Shown here piece after piece: positions 25,460 through 37,340 of a DNA stretch of 64,000 bases. The stretch comes from Camelus ferus (taxonomy: Eukaryota): positions 122,328,001 through 122,392,000 of the forward strand of contig NC_045696.1 in the NCBI RefSeq assembly GCF_009834535.1. Reading direction: 5' to 3'. Positions within the stretch are counted from its first letter, which is position 1. Every line of letters begins with the position of its first letter. The notes under the pieces were generated by a model that saw only the letters and a list, made by a program, of their open reading frames with translations, did no database searches and had not been told where the DNA came from. The position numbers and the translations under genes were made by a program.

Positions 25460-28400
25460 TGGTTTCTCAGTCTGATTCCTAGTGCCGGTTTTAAGTTACT
25501 GCATTTTTCACTGTAAATCCGATTTGGAGCTAGTACCTCCCCATATATATATTTACGGATTGTAGTTTGCAACTGAAAAGAAACATTGTGTTCCCAACAA
25601 GTTAGGTGAAGAAAGGCTTTCACACACACGTATCTCTCAGAACTGAGCATGTAGAGAGACGTTCGTTCATCTAGCACAAAGGAACGGGTTGCAGGAAAAA
25701 CTTTTACTCTGGTTTCTCAGTCTGTTTCCTAGTGCCAGTTTGAAGTTCCTGCAGGTTACACTGTAAAACCGAGTTGGAGCTAGTACCTCCCCATATATAT
25801 GTATGGAGTGGAGTTTGCAACTGAAAAGAAATTTTGTGTTCCCAAATGCTATGTGAAGGATGGCTTTCACACACACTTATCTCTCAGAACAGAGAATGTG
25901 GAGAGACGTTCGTTCAACTAGCACAAAACGGAACGGGATGCAGGAAAAAATTTTACTAAGGGTTCTCAGTCTGTTTCCTAGTGCCGTTTGAATTTACAGC
26001 AGTTTTCACTCTAAAATCGAGTTGGAGCTCGTACCTACCATATATATGTATGGAGTGGAGTTTGCAATTGAAAAGAAAATTTGTGTTCCCAACAAGCTAG
26101 GTGAAGGACGGATTTCACACACATTTATATCAGAACTGAGCATGTTGAGAGACGTTTGTTCAATTAGCACAAATGGAACGGGTTGCAGGAGAAATTTTAC
26201 TCTGGTTCTTCAGTCTGTTTCCTAGTGCTGGTTTGAAGTTCTTGCAGTTTTCACTGTAAAACTGTGTTGGGGCTAGTACCTCCCCATATATATGTATGGA
26301 GTGGAGTTTGCAACTGAAAAGGAACTTTGTGTTCCCAACAAGCTAGGTGAAGGACGGCATTCACACACAATTATCTCTCAGAACTGAGCATGTGGAGAGA
26401 CTTTCGTTCATCTAGCACAAAGAACGGTTTGCAGGAGAATCTTTTCTCTGGTTTCTCAGGCTGTTTCCTAGTGCCGGTTTGAACTTCGTGCAGTTTTCAC
26501 TGTAAAACCGAGTTGGAGCTAGTACCTCCACATATATATGTATGGAGTGGAGTACACAAGAGAAAAGAAACTTTGTGTTCCCAACAAGCTAGGAGAAGGA
26601 CGGCTTTCACACACACTTATCTCTCAGAACTGAGCATGTGGAGAGACGTTCGTTCAATTATCACAAAGGGATCAGGTTGCAGGTGAAACTTTTACTCTGG
26701 TTTCTCAGTCTGTTTCCTACTGCCGTTATGAAGATCCTGCAGTTTTCACTGTAAAACCGAGTTGGAGCCAGTACCTCCCCATATATATGTATGGAGTGGA
26801 TTTTGGAATTGAAAAGAAACTTTGTGTTCAGAACAAGCTAGGTGAAGGACGGCTTTCACACACACTTATCTCTAGAATTGAGCATGTGGAGAGACGTTCG
26901 TTCAACTAGCACAAAAGGGAACGGGTTGCAGGAGAAACTTTTACTCACATTTCTCAGTCTGTTTCCTAGGGCCGGTATGAATTTACTGCAGTTTTCACTG
27001 TAAAACCGTGTTGGAGCTCGTACCTACTCATATATATATATGGAGTGGAGTTTGCAACTGAAAAGAAACTTTATGTTCCCAACAAGCTAGGTGAAGGACG
27101 GCTTCCACACACCCTTATCTCTCAGAAATGAGCATGTGGAGAGACGTTCGTTCATCTAGCACAAAGGGAAAGGGTAGCCGGGGAAAATTTTACTCTGGTT
27201 TCTCAGTCTGTTTCCTAGTGCCGGTTTGAACTTCCTGCAGTTTTCACTGTAAAAAATATTTGGAGCTAGTACCTCCCCATATATATGTATGGATTGGGGT
27301 TTGCAACTGAAAGAAACTTTGTGTTCCCAACATGCTAGGTGAAGTATGGCTTTCACACACACTTATATCTCAGAACTGAGCATGTGGAGAGACGATCGTT
27401 CATCTAGCACAAAGGGAACGGGTTGCAGTAGAAACTTTTCTCTGGTTTCTCAGACTGTTTCCAAGTGCCGGTTTGAACTTCGTGCAGTTTTCACTGTAAA
27501 ACCGAGTTGGATTTAATCCCGCCACATATATATGTATGGAGTGGAGTATGCAAGTGAAAAGAAACTTTGAGTTCCCAACAATCTATTTGAAGTACGGCTT
27601 TCACACACACTTATCTCACAGAACTGAGCATGTGGAGAGACTTTCGTTCATCTAGCAGAAAGGGAACGGTTTGTTGTAGAAACGTTTACTCTGGTTTCTC
27701 AGTTTGTTTCCTAGTGCCGGTTTGATCTTCCAGTATTTTTCAATGTAAAACAGATATGGAGATCGTACCTCCCCATATAGATGTATGGAATGAAGTTTGC
27801 AAATGAATACAAACTTTGTGTTCCCAACAAGCTAGTTGAAGAATGGCTTTCACACACACTTATCTCTGAGAACTGAGCATGTGGAGAGTGTTCGTTCATC
27901 TAGCACAAAAGGAACGGGTTGCTAGAGAAAATTTTTCTCTAGATTCTCAGTCTGTTTCCTAGTGCCGGATGAAGTTCCTGCAGTTTTCACTGTAAAATCG
28001 AGTTGGAGCTGGTACCTCCCTTTATATATTTATGGAGTGGAATTTGCAAGTGAAAAGAAACATTGTGTTCCCAACAAGCTAGGTGAATGACGGCTTTCAC
28101 ACACACTTATCTCTCAGAACTGAGCGTGTGTAGAGACTTTCGTTCATCTAGCACAAAGGTAACGGTTTGCAGGAGAATCTTTTAAACTGGTTTCTCAGTC
28201 TGTTTCCTAGTGCCGGTTTGAATTAACTGCAGTTTTCACTGTAAAATCGAGTTGGAGCTCGTACCTCCCCATATATATGTATGGAGTGTAGTTAGAAAGA
28301 GAAAAGTAATCTTTGTGTTCCCAACACGCTAGATGAAGGACGGCTTTCACACACAATTATCTCTCACAACTGAGCCTGTGGATAGACGTTCGTTCATCTA

Positions 28401-31400
28401 GCACAAATGGAACTGATTGCAAGAGAAACTTTTCCCTAGTTTCTCAGTCTGTTTCTTGGTGTCGGTTTGATTTCCTGCAGTTTTCATTGTAAAACCGAGT
28501 TGGAGCTAGTGCGTACTCTTATATATGTATGGAGTGGTATTTGCAACTGAATATAAACTTTGTGTTCCCAACAAGCTAGTTGAAGTATGGCTTTCTCACA
28601 CACTTATCTCTCACAATTGAGCATGTGGAGAGACGTTCGTTCATCTAGCACAAAGTGAACGGGTTGCAGGGGAAACTTTTACTCTGGCTTATAAGTCTGT
28701 TTTCTAGTCCCGGTTTGATGTTCCTGCAGTTTTCAATGTAAAACCGATTTGGAGCTAGTACTTCCCCATATATATGTATGGAGTGGGGTTTGCAACTGAA
28801 TATAAACATTGTGTTCCCATCAAGCTAGGTGAAGTATGGCTTACACACACACTTATCTCTCAAATTTGAGCATGTGGAGAGACGTTCGTTAATCTAGCAC
28901 AAAGAACGGGTTGCAGGAGAAACTTTTCTCTGGTTTCTCAGTCTGTTTCCTAGTGCCGTTTTGATTTCCTGCAGTTTTCACTGTAAAACAGAGTTGGAGC
29001 TAGTCCCTACTCTTAGATATGTTTGGAGTGGAGTTTGCAACTGAATATAAACTTTGTGTTCCCAACAAGCTAGGTGAAGGATGGCTTACACACACAATTA
29101 TCTCTCAAATTGAGCATGTGGAGAAACGTTCGTTCATCTAGCACAAACGGAACGGGTTGCAGGAGAAACTATTCTCTGGTTTCTCAGAATTTTTCCTTGT
29201 GCCGGTTTGAACTTCCTGCAGATTTCACTTTAAAACCGAGTTGGAGCTAGTACCTCATCACATATATGTATGGAATGGAGTTTGCAAATGAAAAGAAACT
29301 TTGTGTTCCCAACAAGCTAGGTGAAGGACGGCTTTCACACACACTTATCTCTCAGAACTGAGCATTTGGAGAGACGTTCGTTCATCAAGCACAAAGGCAA
29401 CGGGTTGCATGAGAAATTATTACTCTGGATTCTCAGTCTGTTTCCTAGTGCCGGGTTGAATTTCCTGCAGTTTTCACTGTAAAACAGTGTTGGAGCTCGT
29501 ACCTCCCCATATATATTTATGGAGTGGAGTTTGCAAGTGAAAAGAAACTTTGTGTTCCCAACAAGCATGGTGAAGGATGGCTTTCACGCACACTTATCTT
29601 TCAGAACTGAACATGTGGAGAGACGTTCGTTCATCTAGCACAAAGGAACGGGTTGCAGGTGAAATTTTTCTCTGGATTCTCAGTCTGTTTCCTAGTGCTG
29701 GGTTGAATTTCGTGCAGTTTTCACTGTTAAACCGAGATGGAGCTCGTACCTCCCCATATATATGCATGGAGTGGTGTTTGCAACTGAAAAGAAACTATGT
29801 GTTCCCAACCAGCTAAGTGAAAGACGGCATTCACACACAAATATCTCTCAGAACTGAGCATGTGTAGACTTTCGTTCATTTAGCACAAAGTGAAGGGGTT
29901 GCAGGAGAAACTTTTACTCTGGTTTCTCAGTCTGTTACCTAGTGCCGGTTTGAATTAACTGCAGTTTTCACTGTAAAACCGAGTTGGAGCTGGTACCTCC
30001 CCATATATATGTATGGAGTGTAGTTTGAAAGAGAAAAGAATCTTTGTGTTCCCAACACGCTAGATGAAGGACGGCTTTCACACAAAATTATCTCTCAGAA
30101 CTGAGCCTGTGGAGAGACGTTCGTTCATCTAGCACAAATGGAAATGATTGCAAGAGAAACTTTTCTCTGGTTTCTCAGTCTGTTTCCTAGTGCCGGTTTG
30201 ATTTCCTGTAGTTTTCACTGTAAAACAGTGTTGGGGCTAGTACCTCCCCATATATATGTATGGAGTGGAATTTGCAACTGAAAAGAAACTTTGTGTTCCC
30301 AACAAGCTAGGTGAAGGAGGGCATTCACACACAATTATCTCTCAGAACTGAGCATGTGGAGAGACGTTCGTTCATCTAGCACAAAGAACGGTTTGCAGGA
30401 GAAACTTTCCTCTGGTTTCTCAGGCTGTTTCCTAGGGCCGGTTTGAACTTCCTGCAGTTTTCACTGTAAAATCTAGTTGGAGCTCTTACCTCCCCATATA
30501 TATATATAGAGAGAGTGGAGTTTGCAACTGAAAAGAAGCTTTGTTTTCCCAACAAGATAGGTGAAGTAAGGCTTCCACACACACTTATCACTCAGAAATG
30601 AGCATATGGAGAGACGTTCGTTCATCTAGCACAAAAGGAACGGTTTGCAGGAGAACTATTACTCTGGTTTCTCAGACTGTTTCCTAGTGACGGTTTGAAG
30701 TTCCTGCAGTTTTCACTGTAAAACAGAGTGGAGCTCGTACCTCCCCATATATATATATGGATTGGAGTTTAAAACTGAAAAGAAACTTTGTGTTTCCAAC
30801 AAGCTAGGTGAAGGACGGCTTTCACACACACTTATCTCTCAGACTGAGCATGTGGAGCGACGTTCGTTTCATCTAGCACCAAAGGGAACGGGTTGCAGGA
30901 GAACTTTTACTCTGGTTTCTCAGTCTGATTCCTAGTGCCGGTTTTAAGTTACTGCATTTTTCACTGTAATCCGAGTTGGAGAAGCTAGTACCTCCCCATA
31001 TATATATTTACGGATTGTAGTTTGCAACTGAAAAGAAACATTGTGTTCCCAACAAGTTAGGTGAAGAAAGGCTTTCACACACACGTATCTCTCAGAACTG
31101 AGCATGTAGAGAGACGTTCGTTCATCTAGCACAAAGGAACGGGTTGCAGGAAAAACTTTTACTCTGGTTTCTCAGTCTGTTTCCTAGTGCCAGTTTGAAG
31201 TTCCTGCAGGTTTACACTGTAAAACCGAGTTGGAGCTAGTACCTCCCCATATATATGTATGGAGTGGAGTTGCACTGAAAAGAAATTTTGTGTTCCCAAA
31301 TGCTATGTGAAGGATGGCTTTCACACACACTTATCTCTCAGAACTGAGAATGTGGAGAGACGTTCGTTCAACTAGCACAAAACGGGAACGGGTTGCAGGA

Positions 31401-34400
31401 AAAATTTTACTCTAGGGTTCTCAGTCTGTTTCCTAGTGCGGTTTGAATTCCTGCAGTTTTCACTCGTAAAATCGAGTTGGAGCTCGTACCTACCCATATA
31501 ATGTATGGAGTGGAGTTTGCAATTGAAAAGAAAACTTTGTGTTCCCAACAAGCTAGGTGAAGGACGGCTTTCACACACACTTTATATCAGAACTGAGCAT
31601 GTGGAGAGACGTTTGTTCAATCTAGCACAAATGGAACGGTTTGCAGGAGAAATTTTACTCTGGTTCTTCAGTCTGTTTCCTAGTGCTGGTTTGAAGTTCC
31701 TGCAGTTTTCACTGTAAAACCTGTGTTGGAGCTAGTACCTCCCCATATATATGTATGGAGTGGAGTTTGCAAGCTGAAAAGGAACTTTGTGTTCCCAACA
31801 AGCTAGGTGAAGGACGGCATTCACACACCACTTATCTCTCAGAACTGAGCATGTGGAGAGACGTTCGTTCATCTAGCACAAAGGAACGGGTTGCAGGAGA
31901 AACTTTTACTCTGGTTTCTCAGTCTGTTTCCTAGTGCCGGTTTGAACTTCCTGCAGTTTTCACTGTAAAACCGAGTTGGAGCTAGTACCTCCCATATATA
32001 TGTATGGAGTGGAGTTGCAAGAGAAAGAAACTTTGTGTTCCCAACAAGCTAGGATGAAGGACGGCTTTCACACACACTTATCTCTCAGAACTGAGCATGT
32101 GGAGAGACGTTCGTTCATCTAGCACAAATGGAACGGTTGCAGGAGAAACTTTTACTCTGGTTCTCAGTCTGTTTCCTAGCTGCCGGTTTGAATTCCTGCA
32201 GTTTTCACTGTAAAACCGAGTTGGAGCTAGCACCTCCCCATATATATGTATGGAGTGGAGTTTGCAACTGAAAAGAAACTTTGTGTTCCCAACAAGCTAG
32301 GTGAAGGACGGCTTTCACACACACTTATCTCTCAGAACTGAGCATGTGGAGAGACGTTCGTTCAACTAGCACAAAGGGAACGGGTTGCAGGAGAAACTTT
32401 TACTCACATTTCTCAGTCTGTTTCCTAGGCCGGTATGAACTTACTGCAGTTTTCACTGTAAAACCGTGTTGGAGCTCGTACCTACTCATATATATATATG
32501 GAGTGGAGTTTGCAACTGAAAAGAAACTTTATGTTCCCAACAAGCTAGGTGAAGGACGGCTTCCACACACCCTTATCTCTCAGAAATGAGCATGTGGAGA
32601 GACGTTCGTTCATCTAGCACAAAGGGAAAGGGTAGCAGGGGAAAATTTTACTCTGGTTTCTCAGTCTGTTTCCTAGTGCCGGTTTGAACTTCCTGCAGTT
32701 TTCACTGTAAAAAATATTTGGAGCTAGTACCTCCCCATATATATGTATGGATTGGGGTTTGCAACTGAAAGAAACTTTGTGTTCCCAACATGCTAGGTGA
32801 AGTATGGCTTTCACACACACTTATATCTCAGAACTGAGCATGTGGAGAGACGATCGTTCATCTAGCACAAAGGGAACGGGTTGCAGTAGAAACTTTTCTC
32901 TGGTTTCTCAGACTGTTTCCAAGTGCCGGTTTGAACTTCGTGCAGTTTTCACTGTAAAACCGAGTTGGATTTAATCCCGCCACATATATATGTATGGAGT
33001 GGAGTATGCAAGTGAAAAGAAACTTTGAGTTCCCAACAATCTATTTGAAGTACGGCTTTCACACACACTTATCTCACAGAACTGAGCATGTGGAGAGACT
33101 TTCGTTCATCTAGCAGAAAGGGAACGGTTTGTTGTAGAAACGTTTACTCTGGTTTCTCAGTTTGTTTCCTAGTGCCGGTTTGATCTTCCAGTATTTTTCA
33201 ATGTAAAACAGATATGGAGATCGTACCTCCCCATATATATGTATGGAATGAAGTTTGCAAATTAATACAAACTTTGTGTTCCCAACAAGCTAGTTGAAGA
33301 ATGGCTTTCACACACACTTATCTCTGAGAACTGAGCATGTGGAGAGTGTTCGTTCATCTAGCACAAAAGGAACGGGTTGCTAGAGAAAATTTTTCTCTAG
33401 ATTCTCAGTCTGTTTCCTAGTGCCGGATGAAGTTCCTGCAGTTTTCACTGTAAAATCGAGTTGGAGCTGGTACCTCCCTTTATATATTTATGGAGTGGAA
33501 TTTGCAAGTGAAAAGAAACATTGTGTTCCCAACAAGCTAGGTGAATGACGGCTTTCACACACACTTATCTCTCAGAACTGAGCGTGTGTAGAGACTTTCG
33601 TTCATCTAGCACAAAGGTAACGGTTTGCAGGAGAATCTTTTAAACTGGTTTCTCAGTCTGTTTCCTAGTGCCGGTTTGAATTAACTGCAGTTTTCACTGT
33701 AAAATCGAGTTGGAGCTCGTACCTCCCCATATATATGTATGGAGTGTAGTTAGAAAGAGAAAAGTATCTTTGTGTTCCCAACACGCTAGATGAAGGACGG
33801 CTTTCACACACAATTATCTCTCACAACTGAGCCTGTGGATAGACGTTCGTTCATCTAGCACAAATGGAACTGATTGCAAGAGAAACTTTTCCCTAGTTTC
33901 TCAGTCTGTTTCTTGGTGTCGGTTTGATTTCCTGCAGTTTTCATTGTAAAACCGAGTTGGAGCTAGTGCGTACTCTTATATATGTATGGAGTGGTATTTG
34001 CAACTGAATATAAACTTTGTGTTCCCAACAAGCTAGTTGAAGTATGGCTTTCTCACACACTTATCTCTCACAATTGAGCATGTGGAGAGACGTTCGTTCA
34101 TCTAGCACAAAGTGAACGGGTTGCAGGGGAAACTTTTACTCTGGCTTATAAGTCTGTTTTCTAGTCCCGGTTTGATGTTCCTGCAGTTTTCAATGTAAAA
34201 CCGATTTGGAGCTAGTACTTCCCCATATATATGTATGGAGTGGGGTTTGCAACTGAATATAAACATTGTGTTCCCATCAAGCTAGGTGAAGTATGGCTTA
34301 CACACACACTTATCTCTCAATTTGAGCATGTGGAGAGACGTTCGTTAATCTAGCACAAAGAACGGGTTGCAGGAGAAACTTTTCTCTGGTTTCTCAGTCT

Positions 34401-36380
34401 GTTTCCTAGTGCCGTTTTGATTTCCTGCAGTTTTCACTGTAAAACAGAGTTGGAGCTAGTCCCTACTCTTAGATATGTTTGGAGTGGAGTTTGCAACTGA
34501 ATATAAACTTTGTGTTCCCAACAAGCTAGGTGAAGGATGGCTTACACACACAATTATCTCTCAAATTGAGCATGTGGAGAAACGTTCGTTCATCTAGCAC
34601 AAACGGAACGGGTTGCAGGAGAAACTATTCTCTGGTTTCTCAGAATTTTTCCTTGTGCCGGTTTGAACTTCCTGCAGATTTCACTTTAAAACCGAGTTGG
34701 AGCTAGTACCTCATCACATATATGTATGGAATGGAGTTTGCAAATGAAAAGAAACTTTGTGTTCCCAACAAGCTAGGTGAAGGACGGCTTTCACACACAC
34801 TTATCTCTCAGAACTGAGCATTTGGAGAGACGTTCGTTCATCAAGCACAAAGGCAACGGGTTGCATGAGAAATTATTACTCTGGATTCTCAGTCTGTTTC
34901 CTAGTGCCGGGTTGAATTTCCTGCAGTTTTCACTGTAAAACAGTGTTGGAGCTCGTACCTCCCCATATATATTTATGGAGTGGAGTTTGCAAGTGAAAAG
35001 AAACTTTGTGTTCCCAACAAGCATGGTGAAGGATGGCTTTCACGCACACTTATCTTTCAGAACTGAACATGTGGAGAGACGTTCGTTCATCTAGCACAAA
35101 GGAACGGGTTGCAGGTGAAATTTTTCTCTGGATTCTCAGTCTGTTTCCTAGTGCTGGGTTGAATTTCGTGCAGTTTTCACTGTTAAACCGAGATGGAGCT
35201 CGTACCTCCCCATATATATGCATGGAGTGGTGTTTGCAACTGAAAAGAAACTATGTGTTCCCAACCAGCTAAGTGAAAGACGGCATTCACACACAAATAT
35301 CTCTCAGAACTGAGCATGTGTATAGACTTTCGTTCATTTAGCACAAAGTGAAGGGGTTGCAGGAGAAACTTTTACTCTGGTTTCTCAGTCTGTTACCTAG
35401 TGCCGGTTTGAATTAACTGCAGTTTTCACTGTAAAACCGAGTTGGAGCTGGTACCTCCCCATATATATGTATGGAGTGTAGTTTGAAAGAGAAAAGAATC
35501 TTTGTGTTCCCAACACGCTAGATGAAGGACGGCTTTCACACAAAATTATCTCTCAGAACTGAGCCTGTGGAGAGACGTTCGTTCATCTAGCACAAATGGA
35601 AATGATTGCAAGAGAAACTTTTCTCTGGTTTCTCAGTCTGTTTCCTAGTGCCGGTTTGATTTCCTGTAGTTTTCACTGTAAAACAGTGTTGGGGCTAGTA
35701 CCTCCCCATATATATGTATGGAGTGGAATTTGCAACTGAAAAGAAACTTTGTGTTCCCAACAAGCTAGGTGAAGGAGGGCATTCACACACAATTATCTCT
35801 CAGAACTGAGCATGTGGAGAGACGTTCGTTCATCTAGCACAAAGAACGGTTTGCAGGAGAAACTTTCCTCTGGTTTCTCAGGCTGTTTCCTAGGGCCGGT
35901 TTGAACTTCCTGCAGTTTTCACTGTAAAATCTAGTTGGAGCTCTTACCTCCCCATATATATATAGAGAGAGTGGAGTTTGCAACTGAAAAGAAGCTTTGT
36001 TTTCCCAACAAGATAGGTGAAGTAAGGCTTCCACACACACTTATCACTCAGAAATGAGCATATGGAGAGACGTTCGTTCATCTAGCACAAAAGGAACGGT
36101 TTGCAGGAGAAACTATTACTCTGGTTTCTCAGACTGTTTCCTAGTGACGGTTTGAAGTTCCTGCAGTTTTCACTGTAAAACAGAGTGGAGCTCGTACCTC
36201 CCCATATATATATATGGATTGGAGTTTAAAACTGAAAAGAAACTTTGTGTTTCCAACAAGCTAGGTGAAGGACGGCTTTCACACACACTTATCTCTCAGA
36301 ACTGAGCATGTGGAGCGACGTTCGTTCATCTAGCACAAAGGGAACGGGTTGCAGGAGAAACTTTTACTCTGGTTTCTCAG
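25460..36380. repeat. Higher-order repeat: 22-monomer unit (~5457 bp), 2 tandem copies (junction ~30900-30925)
   Basis: Matching frames occur at 27156/32614, 29335/34791, 29577/35033 and 30376/35834 (offsets 5456-5458). The copies are near-identical outside the noisy tract at ~30840-32400. Confidence 0.93.
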
Positions 36381-37340
36381 TCTGTTTCCTAGTGCCGGTT
36401 TGAAATTCCTGCAGTTTTCACTGTAAAACCGAGTTGGAGCTCGAACCACCACATATATATGTATGGAGTGCAGTTTGCAAGTGAAAAGAATCTTTGTGTT
36501 CCCAAAAAGGTAGGTGAAGGACGGATTTCACACACACTTATCTCTCAGAACTGATCACGTGTAGGGATGTTCGTTCATCTAGCACAAAGGGAACGGGTTG
36601 CATGAGAAACTATTACTCTGGTTTCTCAGTCTATTTCCTATTGCCGGTTTTAATTTACTGAAGTTTTCACTGTAAAACCATGTTAGAGCTCGTACATCCC
36701 CATATATATATAAGGAGTGGAGTTTGCAAGTGAAAAGAAACTTTGTGTTCCCAACAAGCTAGGTGAATGTCGGCAATCACACACAAATATCTCTCAGAAC
36801 TGAGCATGGGGAGAGAAGTTCGTTCATCTAGCACAAAGGGAACGGGTTGCAGGAGAAACTTTTACTCTGGTTTCTCAGTCTGTTTCCTAGTGCCGGTTTG
36901 AAATTCCTGCAGTTTTCACTGTAAAACCGAGTTGGAGCTCGAACCAACACATATATATGTATGGAGTGCAGTTTGCAAGTGAAAAGAATCTTTGTGTTCC
37001 CAAAAAGGTAGGTGAAGGACGGCTTTCACACACACTTATCTCTCAGAACTGATCACGTGGAGGGATGTTCGTTCATCTAGCACAAAGGGAACGGGTTGCA
37101 TGAGAAACTATTACTCTGGTTTCTCAGTCTATTTCCTATTGCCGGTTTTAATTTACTGAAGTTTTCACTGTAAAACCATGTTAGAGCTCGTACATATCCA
37201 TATATATATAAGGAATGGAGTTTGCAAGTGAAAAGAAACTTTGTGTTCCCAACAAGATAGGTGAATGTCGGCAATCACACACAAATATCTCTCAGAAATG
37301 AGCATGGGAAGAGAAGTTCGTTCATCTAGCACAAAGGGAA
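36340..37340. repeat. Tandem duplication of a 2-monomer unit (498 bp)
   Basis: TCGAACCA occurs at 36441 and 36939. CTGATCACGTG, CTATTTCCTATTGCC and GAATGTCGGCAATCAC are repeated at +498. Confidence 0.9.

Noticed and set aside
30495..30515. (AT)n(AG)n microsatellite, also at ~35953 and ~39187
   Set aside because: This is only slippage of the monomer's own CATATATATG tract, not an independent element.
36270..36310. Hammerhead-ribozyme satellite (as in newt satellite 2 or schistosome Sm-alpha); the minus strand has CTGAGAGA...GAAA
   Set aside because: The required core is CUGANGA, but the sequence reads CTGAGAG (minus) or CTGAGCA (plus), and no stem II pairing precedes GAAA.
36320..36349. Canonical CENP-B box
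   Set aside because: The spacing between TTCG and CGGG is wrong by 13 bp, and I saw no canonical match in the consensus on either strand. It is kept only as a low-interest finding.
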